From contig LSRY02000058.1 of NCBI GenBank assembly GCA_001643675.2, positions 310,001-374,000 on the forward strand: a DNA stretch of 64,000 nt, in the 5' to 3' direction. Below are positions 63,101 to 64,000 of the stretch, piece by piece. The position numbers were made by a program, and so were the translations under genes. The notes below the pieces were generated by a model that saw only the letters and a program-made list of their open reading frames with translations, did not search any database and was not told where the DNA came from. The first letter of the stretch is position 1. Every line of letters begins with the position of its first letter. Source of the stretch: Monocercomonoides exilis PA203 (taxonomy: Eukaryota; Protista; Preaxostyla).

Positions 63101-64000
63101 TTCAGCTGCTTCTTCTTTCTCTTTTGGTGATGAGAATTTGATGTGAGGCGTGCTAAACTCGCTTAATGAAAGTGAGCTCTGCAGCTGTTCTGTGCGAATG
63201 GTCATATTCTGCCTGTCAGGCGAACTTTGTCCCGAATACAGCTTCAGCTGGTTTTTGATGATGTTCTCTTTGTAAGTGCTGAGGGCGAATGAATTGACCT
63301 GAGACACACATTCATCGAATATCCGCATCAGCAGCATTTGGATGGTCTGCGCATTTGAATTCATCTTCTGCGCTGTTGATGAAATCGAATCCATCTGAAC
63401 AGCCACAAATTGATTTACAGATTCTGTGAATTCAGAGGAATCGCACGTTATGAAGCGGCAGCGGGCAGTGGCCAGAATGAATGAGTCGCACATCACACAC
63501 CACTCAGACACTCTTTTGACCAAGTTCAAAATCTGCCGGGAGATCTGCAGCAGCGACAGCGCATACTTCCTCAGCAGGAAAGAGGACCAGTGCACTGTCT
63601 TCAGCCCCATCGCGAACACATCCTCCAGAATGCGAATGTGCGGGGCAAGCATACTCAGCGCACGAGGATGGACAAGAGACAGAATGCGAGAACGCTCCTG
63701 CAGTGCAGATGTGAGGATGGAGATGACTTTTTCCAGAGGACGATAGAAAAGCAGGTAAGAAAGAACAGGGTAATCTTGCTGAGCAGCTTCTGGCATAGAA
63801 GATGCCACAGTTGATGAGAAAAGAGGGGGAAAATGCGAAGTAATCTCAAAAGAACGCTTGTTCACTCCGCTGAGCTGCAAGTTATGCAGTTTGTGTTTGT
63901 CGACGAAGCCGATCCGTGCGAGGAGATACAAGTCAGAGAAAAAGGAGACGAAAGAAGGGGAGAGATTGAGGACGATGTCTGACAGATGGAGCACAGAAGC
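36173..64000 (-). CDS. Giant divergent axonemal dynein heavy chain-like protein (>9,270 aa, 5' end outside window), stalk most like outer-arm gamma/DNAH5-DNAH8 type, probably catalytically inactive
   Basis: Collinear dynein HC landmarks: end of DHC_N1 (LAPHIRILEDVFAMGLKTVHWSS); DHC_N2/linker (IKRRHWIQL; LQDLF..MKEALPLEARQF; FLLKKQDICPRLFLLSEEDV); AAA1 (IPYGCDYLG; FIRGIAGSGTWGVIDG; LPGMIRARFR); AAA2 (VGAAGSGKS; INPASMT..LIG; EQWRSGLL); stalk/MTBD (ARPALIHANESL..LRKLPNPP..KRVFDMVL; YPLDTLTEEQAELLEPY; EKVCG); post-stalk GDSMLAAAFLAFNG; AAA5 (EGVPPDEQS; PLVFIDPLG); AAA5/6 region (LTSFQRLLII..APHR); C-terminal DGFLITGIKMYGCAWD. The frame is open to the window edge. Confidence 0.9.
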   Translation of the reverse strand, partial: ASVLHLSDIVLNLSPSFVSFFSDLYLLARIGFVDKHKLHNLQLSGVNKRSFEITSHFPPLFSSTVASSMPEAAQQDYPVLSYLLFYRPLEKVISILTSALQERSRILSLVHPRALSMLAPHIRILEDVFAMGLKTVHWSSFLLRKYALSLLQISRQILNLVKRVSEWCVMCDSFILATARCRFITCDSSEFTESVNQFVAVQMDSISSTAQKMNSNAQTIQMLLMRIFDECVSQVNSFALSTYKENIIKNQLKLYSGQSSPDRQNMTIRTEQLQSSLSLSEFSTPHIKFSSPKEKEEAAEVDPTLAALDPFLAISTEEQRSEGKQKEQPAFVQSMLTFPGAEKEKRNAHEQIHSTDRTEKLGKEKQQTFRAFFGSLKVLEDMRKGFQSMLQSYNRLFVEAVHHSVLKSLSLLYSMLSVRHSESPLRNQSTSSYAQMPNSSSFTGSPHRLSEDEGQVLHTEGESSSCCYPCLFSRKQRVALVLNAEFTLPRFKFVPNAANILSSINTLITSIFNAVEKMPMWSATRPLSRWRAVKQTDSSGKFLQESTDNLLPMQFQERLDHFERSASVVSTDSLGNLRDLDMLTMSSEAGETSLMDDAASEKRRASEQEQDSKTAQDSTDPHLVRLNRRFSMISGETTLETLEMEGFRLAEKENASSATTLPGKTNLFAPLQYSTNNILQNDEMGADTDNPEHSEQIANDAEPEEMPPNIWNELSSSNALLKETMLVVASLPNVTEFATALNERFSMFDFLFKFNPVSVCDELSGLVRSPTHHRDLPSLHVPQLYELRFLTSGEGSDGASYSHHSSGFNGSAGLNEGTGAMSAISKQQSRRFHNSAGLLITPAMPTLSQSSSIQWMRQASSTQTTEKPSFVGSPPNSTPLSQSPPPVQLEHIAQHQISHQRHFSFSRNRQSTFASLFSDQSTTEIGFAPSTRAFSFATSAFGSPVQSASPSPFQSPGQQTPLRRSASLSVFPSLTTSRSSSASFSRQSFGHSRNGSFSFRAGGRFNHRSFSSVSSHQPVRALTHEQNIIFFLKNQQLPFAVVESRVTPDPTSPPQFVPDDQPYVCSLCEMRFVSVVSLTTHIHQAHSKMDKTELAKQFYAAEREYLLRGMKKITVWEQSLNIVLHILRSYGLSTLKSTENTRSQQMIQQQQRQQQQQFSLFGASASASQPYSLDLLSEKKIPFSFRGDAKKRKGDEISLIEFNRMGGGLSHSGGSTSSIATVSSESTTVSSTNTYTSAFVDSVSSSSTSELSNYRYSPLSTESSLPSSIMAFMQPSSSSSSTSSVSEYGPVSHDSIFRSIGAISRNVLTLDKISKGIARSGSVLIQPPPEPLIANLVTLFHPLSVSPSVVLTFASVIPELLSQLSKWRTAFADRLDAELRFRIMEIVESLTETTHSVAGSAETIDDMRRLSMAFSGFLDRRIDFQMELHDVSEEISQLVKYRPEGNEKILSLLNEATESYSALEKTHAEFLVSLETKKRQLVEYLLRNQEDFVSGLSVLVEGASSALALLNDPERDTEMQAETAQRYLDHVKEKKAKLRELNSDEVLLSMELTNPQQLNDLEEKFQYARDLFVLFNEFQKWTEQLREIPFESLRTKEEKETLDDFAYKLSILPPQELPNQTALIFLNEVESLREHLDVFLQMEPSQIKRRHWIQLGKITNSITLQTTASPTVGMVIDADLVPKKAEIMSLLLEISNEYKIGKDLARIQYVWKNRMRFAFVDHKSKLVIDEIICQRAIAESENSLVALSQLTYSNYVHPFISQLQDWYVILQPLSDQLTTLITTQQLFLLLQDLFNNEKMKEALPLEARQFAKIEEDWYRLRNRIRQSPIIIKALAKGEYVANALPQIHRNLIECKARLHPFLLKKQDICPRLFLLSEEDVIRSFSFASNISQIKPILLQLFPHIVDVASFQHPNIVAAHSAEYDSAHLNNIHIGLMRDDASEVNRHLTFQSAVNEVGSSGSEGKGFMRRDVFNGRFQQRTKSMIETDGETRMSMQFNRPQQPVDDSMNQYGDADGDDDSIEMIPRYQHDYLSGRAQDVQSITHIRNAGLTSPFTHERKKSPDSLQNEFDKLNVFHIDPPFLAMHRAVIPHSASDAKKAKLLVNHWHLLLTHQQRKRNIPSQLQYLTTFLGHGSLKNSLYVSNSMKNSRAYHSYSSLNEVNDFKRGRMMQDMNSSTMRQMERDFRRRIDNYQIEEESDNSESKSSHSLVQLPVSPQRSRSKESIREQMTSIIHENEIFQEMKSEDKEEKSAESKEIEAKENDSEDEEEEDDEDFDFGTALQKKSQQKRRKRRKGRNMRTPYGEVRSSDFPSSDFNRHSSGLIGSHSRSRSRSSHSLNSVSDSFDSSNSKLLSDDESGSTDSSDKHDQYDKWRNKKYTGNENFNDTPSKAITVYVTDVVGPLEENIPLITAVPFVPSADPVQFYRDLEASIQESIQFLLTEAVIKFDRMIYHRKVTSKRRIELLAAKKADQMETTKEKSVAKPTQKVSSVGSSQPSFSSSDTAHSRTKDFMRVPITILQRNLMDELFEIEVSSTRNRFYSRPARFSTFIRTTIAQGVFFTFLATFSYHAQRLAQAIAQLQMEEVEEEELALTSEKEKSKSMTRQNSVSDAKLKEEKLDREHERQKQKKILFQAVQQLVERVRFALRSLQTVLLEPLSALMRLKVEHAVTAIINIIDVIHQLLNENRNLTFLSMNSLTFPLFVIPKTLATANAVQSLYDHITELDGYPFSDPQHELSSLLKSINASHQKRADVIPVDSMAGLQLFVGRDSIPYGCDYLGLAASTIASWHSVYSSPHPFFTSIGDLNDRSLHFVNISEFRHSLCESITSVLPPRGSYSHGSLFQIQSSSAMIPNLMSSFSHGERRETTIQNFKNASSTNFASNVHAQMHSSSNSSVDASMNSSMRSSSIDLPKASNTMISALAAQQSAVKYPSSLFVMMKSSSPYLTYDRIKEFSVLCGHNLFVLNGSEETHPTQTLLRFIRGIAGSGTWGVIDGISQLPASIMEDLGQWIDRVLVASREGQPRCHITEDITSSVRPGFYFFATSDTASDTASLPGMIRARFRNLTLQKMHLSEALEMNLAISGYQNAVLLTRRIENVTQQFADVSTRKVDQFSTVLTTLGTLALPLLQTTMFEIILPLCTRIESEVSNPIIAYINSKDTLTDEMNTQTSSTSESTETQDSTDNDSPDYYMKVMQLIPPSKIRNLSTALKHERLHFVAESVAIVLFLAESFRVMLSEMSSLQMMNLILMNFPEMTKIIPFVSPTLGFILQVSNPEYEFVNKLTSGTGAIDAIVDGDSLFQAQGRNSSMFKELLRRYVMHEHASLVKVTPHSTLNVVGGGFAENMFIDSLTGQRSLVDPQLPLDTDRFRRFQMTLFASVAQLDPFHRYFMSSQVSAATPHSSSHEHRTERNTTHRQGNEGNAHGNFGNSANKSLSMSTSSSDLSLSSSISSTSSAQERPVSILDSFVSNITVSATDDSKPSFFSVYQPIQQKDESNKSTQNDNNSQAGAHAPFLHNKSHLSESTSQQNRRAVQSSEFLSSNQQFSSHFYQEKIFKSPFEGRFFDEVTADEYLNYFSKYEQELINNSTLAFSKILQLNKLIHHPLHPSPTREGVIPSFSPVAVVGAAGSGKSAIIASLARAQTFAGVPTKVIHINPASMTIQQLIGSFRSVSSTITQSITDNRTIKSESEQWRSGLLSSMFDTLALQSNVLLDDRIKSQRKWKSKAEKKREHHLKKLYMKSDKHHSSMTLRGAYAPQSAYSSTSSLLRNADSKTNIQILGTTPPRMSQRQLGASLSHSSSTASTSAEQTRFMPPARAQSIAALSTVSIKRSASSMKDSSYDSDRSTSSQDFPTSMLKNNKAAFSEEIFLVIDVASKSNATFDTNVNMSQIHNASALDLSSAKIHSTNTALKVWPSRLGSLLHPMSRAQSAIMSQFLTRTNEGADSFATQYSFQSAATKIVGEAMPPPLVCDPTRIGGVSNSKDDFGGTNEFLNANSFGGESNYNSSDVQNESSILKSIFDMTSSDNEHFDRNDLFETMEDYADATVPFTGEELLSQLSSSFCRSNTLILPNFHRLCLQSNVRVIIETESLDLLPQILLESVRPMFIPLSLFSLPMKTFHLVELNPLGYTGTTLFQHVYQCIITSLLVGQQRFGFAFENMKIASFLYDDVTRMAGLLTMWMVTAGEWMRVYFNSANTQAHFKQKTANQSGTQVIDTGAFPFITLAHCSPARDKMKSPQRVMNQAASADNLRYDTPANCFIDNTISLFSAQINYLIPCILPLVFSKRTQPGFASKTISSSNTSICSSAPLSPPPLSAVAAPSIEHFFSTHSRNKSSDSEIMQIPPADESANELHISSVSLSIPHFSSTPSVSSLAANSTSDTPSNSASADSVSLQSPLFYSKNIAALSSSSSIKINGPRIADPVAIENPDQMQSSMAGLPTVASLSTAAQKENYKLYQTAIDRVAYYSVLWGFGGHFASDFDFIDAFSSFMATLSNNGPPVGCADESLDFVNESSLGMKDFHSILQLLGQPTSNKGRGTAFRFFVNLCNGEWTNAAVYLMNVRKKRFKQNALPSQLIGDEQRQQPRQQSQQTTPQSSRVKSMMRQRVQAKYIPGIHNFTSKHESSAGDNIMFVHYAPQLQLLSLYASVNRPCLLCVHDPLIFSSLLDWVPATPFTAIDQSAEKHAHLLTIDCPVFECTSPLTIWRLVNKANNLIQQEQKKLNIPIKMEEGSRFRRLNYEESESRFLRRDRRNLFGDNTPKAMGSASLNLSENSSENMSDDALWMNESSRSTASSPKWSSENSSASIIQHLNSDRLLVDNRNPAKLRLQENSMHLQSALENEMSIEDGITRSATQWVFPPAAQPSPSLLPQVQNRGNLAGGEDSGTISAANFRERPRSNYTRRSSPRTPNSARRPSPLSEDSSNTRPDRIRTHTVTAQILFRLFAPVSMQCLEAIRFLTETNQVVSLSKPPKLINNHSGVQCHVVVSNVFVPMLPERFLRLFSQIDLREQQPLERYIVLQVCWQEVLEPINLKYGGMLFKEQNVGDVPLYPLSPTGSRRPLSPFSPISPLSPSSSSSAFAPPTTPRTAHKQKRRKTAQKAHDVLSPEVTRAIHRLPSLTLCLYQLIVSDPTSSTNSKLIYVKIRSLFPTLAAFPISFQHAISIIFTVASEIASNPSLHLLNELRIATLWCDICSSVIGDRLPQQEKLSLDLFIISLASNLMNADPLDVKRLTNFLYALPVKHLSDVISTFFQEKVEQALLVERNVPISSLMKLYTSIQPNFFPRNFMPWLTAQMVEIANKVKVSHTCAITHPHFLSGRYISSIAHYNGMAYYHLSLSTSASAFHQSLREIVLKTLFGEKVMVSVLLAEITGLTKIESFVTKVHNSNKLESKADDKKRKEKAPLKNLMSAFEGRIDDANVIDEQEHTRLLTIDNSGTGIQNELKAEYVSEFLYCLLQCNTSIFYLFSESELSHLLAEGKQRHFAKTKSTQWMIDQISSNLRFFFVVEHYPTGRSFIKADSEHNEIPTNPQISPVFSASSLSVSPSQRSIMQTEALSNALPVVDRIHLRKIRSHTKAVHQLSSRLHTMALNQRRLTKSSFNQGRVSPLPILPPSLKKHTNVNTYALSPLDWTKSMQFVREQREAAEKALGKDGSASQHNPLHNVGSLVPSSPYVESLRNPFLLNGTQTLVSEGGTIKERKEESENEHEAAGVTNGKGLEDSKKTSQNEGSEQNKDGKFNSHDTSKVQESLNKERGQREESSKADNEKESEEESEEEDEEDEDEDEEEEEEEEEEEDDEMGKKQFDGEAEDEDLSIDEIDEIDEVVDAESNDDLFDKSEMSDLHVVEEEADRMSVRSSIYPDSVHNSHSIIQSPSGASQSDWADGESLPDPLILDKSAFTISYPGADLFDWVCQCCMFAFLDVFPVELYVEAAQRMIMPTTMTRDETEELIRKAHSLIAPSKQLPLLSPSSLPSNASFGTIASALATIECEETVEDVLESNIDDKAIDKALASLESSAQHAALRRRITGKNMVHPLFYVLPPNPLRDEKDPLRRSSQVKLVTPSLSPPLWSDMDSLASASSVRSQVSSIFTVSSPQSFNALGNANRLLKKPALSILPPQPHFSNAVPTFTPPPPLRLVPFPIRWSPYTKIELIPLPGQRNGRFSSDFSLSDSILAETPRTPLIPGEIASLSEQQTVPITPFSSNSSVKTPTAKRTAPTFSSLSPFSLPVRMNNSKATAMPALSHSQQQQQAKQVTQSSGDTNVGSNSLIKTSSKAQSRSFPSSSSVMFSSVSPSRPRPSSAMRAKAQTVTPSSTVTSSETKDLSNDSQALSTPQRSTRKVILPSLTPTETSPSSSYVTQESLSSENVRRGSSLSPVPRSPFELNSQKKKDKLPDWARTIVTFKESQRRKESEKLRLNGGYNLRWLPPGIPPPSKLGLHSRFGYPPPSSLAQPIYGSPIGIQRTAAREDDGESDSKQDASGEEENENGKKRRRRRRARAKGMIIKGNLYWLDGNIKSKVDSKRYGGSSLRAFSSQGRGIVRPLRSARKVESGHYGASYWKREANAYVLEQFNKFALKQPSIIFTNGKFVRQKRTASQMVNNVNEATMKEEREELWIFYLHSTRSTDPNDIVTCFESPPFAISKHSVIPGPVQLLREIKRTEMERFYLCFSAMYASVRETASYFADRSKSISSVLLHASYGIPAFFISLVHSATDIYDRRVKALRFALLTLQNQISKLTQIHVHIVGQRLHIRELMSSKTGLSEILPPLMASISEISIELTGLARKVVEQQKVVNEIAAKVKAERAVVEEELMNARPALIHANESLNKVQPAHLAWLRKLPNPPVFLKRVFDMVLIVLRRKMNEVTIDPIDNQIADSYRHSIVLIQDMTFIKQLMEYPLDTLTEEQAELLEPYVSAERYREDEIEKVCGELVGIFHFIDALLAYHSVNKGTKPKFLRLQQHASEYKTELRILRSYLSDLDELQQRLSAALQAVTKLTGIRTNVTRSKIDDDDFRFDGRVSQAIELQNESKQITHTIAHWREKTLAVERAMRTCRGDSMLAAAFLAFNGFLHVDEWETMVRRWSLILEEAEIAYAKDGSYFDTSFMGMDLHELRRKSASSRESLMTPRSTSASSWKTSNMPFSYDSDSTDSSTESSPRAQRNKLVAMLQKASWKPQKRENKNNQKECASDIALDNDEFYSSDKKSKIQGFEPQQPHVSFNSSFTTLAPDVPRLSTLTFNNKTRNEEFAQGSYERRRQSFGKGSGQNEIDESEDDDSSSTNSDLSTEDEWSGDRYASDQPNSEFEEVDEDYFYQITEKKKCKKRKYSNEQDEPPSFSKLMRTSFSDSDLCGGLDILDDGTIPFLASPVKHYTHMIRPILRPIWATLNGPTQCLRHLTEGVPPDEQSLMCAAAAFRIPSTKPLVFIDPLGTALQWVTRRFRAVTPVVTTNILHNAFPEDALLAMLRGYPLLVEYTDLQLSLQREHYESLFQLLDTLAICSFSAPVQPVTFAGRELDVHPGFRLILFIQDEITFIPRYYSSLADTVLYCNCIIINWCPFRNKESAFKPNLIYHFLAPTIIPELVEKRREILSTCCALSRRLNENVKEFIDLLMQLRTNPSGNFFSVCSSVTMKATSTLNVIIAEENNLVKAEREILCLDSIAQFVMNVHEAVITCINTNNLDDLHHVSIVSIISYIYFTYSIPSNIQFFTLLLDSIRLVMDTMRRSTEKHRHLVAGALAATGELVTPQIDEKEKYEKIGDNSILWTFKQGFDQPFILSIERLGLLGKLSSDSKKHSSSSSSAAASASVYKKQLSILLRQVASQFLDRVLHSINVGYTDTSKKQADHYLSNILPLFALLRNSINEMTATFPETKERKRRERKMWKPTTFSAKRRRAQCIPKPIRKDFSLFADNEFYEKWLKVFLSTPVFHFPKECSESLLLAKVEEDFPIIKDSYIGNSIKTLDYLLRGKEHPYRNNEGDQRQTSSGGNYNYLSLGEFQLHSSNSTSLHPNSFYSSQSSPRLLESFASHPKEWIKWIVSLSPDSQPFPDRLDEHLTSFQRLLIIAYLAPHRLAYALEAFKAGMLGFVVPSIDMVDTQIAISAKTTSPNCVTFLYSAMNVSDMLSFIAFSQSDSNRRSHPQLEADSESSFPLQARRKSLDFTKNGSFNSKRIDSIMPHRFDMSASSIHREHTLLFNIPVQVIRERSLASCADMVTDISIAVSSHSERIKNSMQPDAVPCYNSNQLIFLTLPLMKQGEKPNILEALSSLNIMPIGNFSIYPVKNKTCLGSDTVNSSSDEKPIGGSYRRFVRDVDSLPPGQVLFSFPNARKDGKKGFVLASTERSYYHKAHVSPYSPLFPFAFDAFLSMPSNRPSALASPILITADPKFMSFINFYLDSEWIANAQTPSDNSHLQAQAKHTRQTETNWRLSTIASLLITHQGKDSSAESLTSTTTDGGSYLQLNSKQSSLLQKNQTQQKFLQGEFVVIQPIISKAELLHWKFFIYGIPDRTSMVSGVFPQHLKDKRTKQTGSAASSSSTTTSSSSSFSGDSKASSKLSSSSSSSNSSSTSSSTGALSTLYLSSEERYLQPILPQRSDSATRFVLVSQSLTQPLAYNPSFMVPLLILDCHNIVSYPLCLATVISWIPAEHAHHPLFPRWGTLLFSLVFIYSFLRVRAIILGQQLYNQVGFLKLLSIMREVVNSWISSNGASVMPSLDIDFSWLIVSLFIHLVSRFGINSDDIQYIMHLLKHYFSPRIFQPDFDFFDFPFVRDAVFRYQERLQQSTSALLNYRSSSSSSTSASSTPASSPSSSASSSPLIGSPVVDILEEASPNFTFYRGEAPSFVLDSQMAYSTFDRKHALSRVLSLMKHATQLTAFIQSPTIANKAIAESSLLTMRCLTTVAHQNSKDVPLFASIRDWFNNEWQLITALPSIPVMRRAIANFGTSSSMFRSSVDRCMFGELYCMLRVVSSIQSRSCAQSLFLTKQTNHFSNHSNPFGIVSMGKLTASLLMNASLPRYLPVSNTETAAWLRMGSSFAISWLKKRQPVIPLNLFFAPKALVVCLRTEMSRSISHSFIEADDISLLSLSFVAHNPKERIPQSKIPSDGFLITGIKMYGCAWDFVNGCFSELPNIPLLPPNLTQYPILKLSLQRPRLSEVINPAASVRFQFTALPPISMFHTHYFQTFAARFGSGTMNQNQTNVQKEQNIRESDFLDSNRVTFPVFDSETASTLTNIDSSSRVGCSTVVYSSFLMTAPEFEVIVTTPGFKDLVMGGGRLYIDFSADEMREFESVWGPKVRL
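60743..60814 (-). other. Classical C2H2 zinc-finger motif inside the dynein-like tail
   Basis: YVCSLCEMRFVSVVSLTTHIHQAH fits Y-x-C-x2-C-x3-F-x5-L-x2-H-x4-H. Confidence 0.75.

Noticed and set aside
36237-63849. Numerous 60-220-aa ORFs overlapping the dynein-like ORF (e.g. 52035-52691 +)
   Set aside because: No recognisable motifs; expected antisense or off-frame by-products of a long coding region.
63992-63994. ORF-track start of the 9,273-aa protein
   Set aside because: It is a GTG in a frame that remains open to the window edge, and the sequence begins in the latter part of DHC_N1, so the true start lies upstream.
1-64000. CRISPR arrays, tRNA/rRNA genes, telomeric arrays, prokaryotic operons
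   Set aside because: No repeat-spacer periodicity, cloverleaf/T-loop context, rRNA-like sequence or tandem TTAGGG seen; gene structure is spliceosomal-eukaryotic.
17002-64000. Functional clustering of flagellar genes (RSP7-like and dynein-like)
   Set aside because: They are 17 kb apart with unrelated genes between; two axonemal genes in 64 kb is unremarkable for a flagellate.

Overview
This is eukaryotic, intron-containing, AT-rich DNA in the standard genetic code: TAA, TAG and TGA all end well-supported genes. Short GT(T/A/G)TG..AG introns, flagellar genes, extreme Ser-rich low-complexity inserts and a multi-copy 'KYHQxHHNLT' helical-protein family suggest an oxymonad-like protist such as Monocercomonoides (inference only). 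Contents from left to right: (1) a >1,700-aa Ser-rich gene on the minus strand that runs off the left edge and is absent from the ORF track; (2) a ~2,313-aa Pumilio/PUF protein with all eight canonical RNA-recognition motifs, split by poly-Ser inserts; (3) four dispersed 3-exon paralogues of an uncharacterised ~430-450-aa helical family; (4) a 487-bp MITE with 25-bp TIRs and a perfect 8-bp TSD (Merlin/IS1595-like); (5) an RIIa + EF-hand protein resembling radial spoke protein 7; (6) glycerol kinase with a ~140-aa Ser-rich insert; (7) a ~2-kb decayed pogo/Tc5-type (DDE_1) transposon with TIRs and an apparent intron; (8) decayed coding-like relics and microsatellites; (9) a >9,270-codon uninterrupted ORF running off the right edge. 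That ORF encodes a giant axonemal dynein heavy-chain-like protein. It keeps the linker, stalk/MTBD (outer-arm gamma/DNAH5-8-like) and the AAA2 P-loop, has lost the AAA1/3/4 Walker motifs, and carries a C2H2 zinc finger in its tail. It is the best candidate here for an undescribed system (a pseudo-motor dynein). All exon models were derived by eye.
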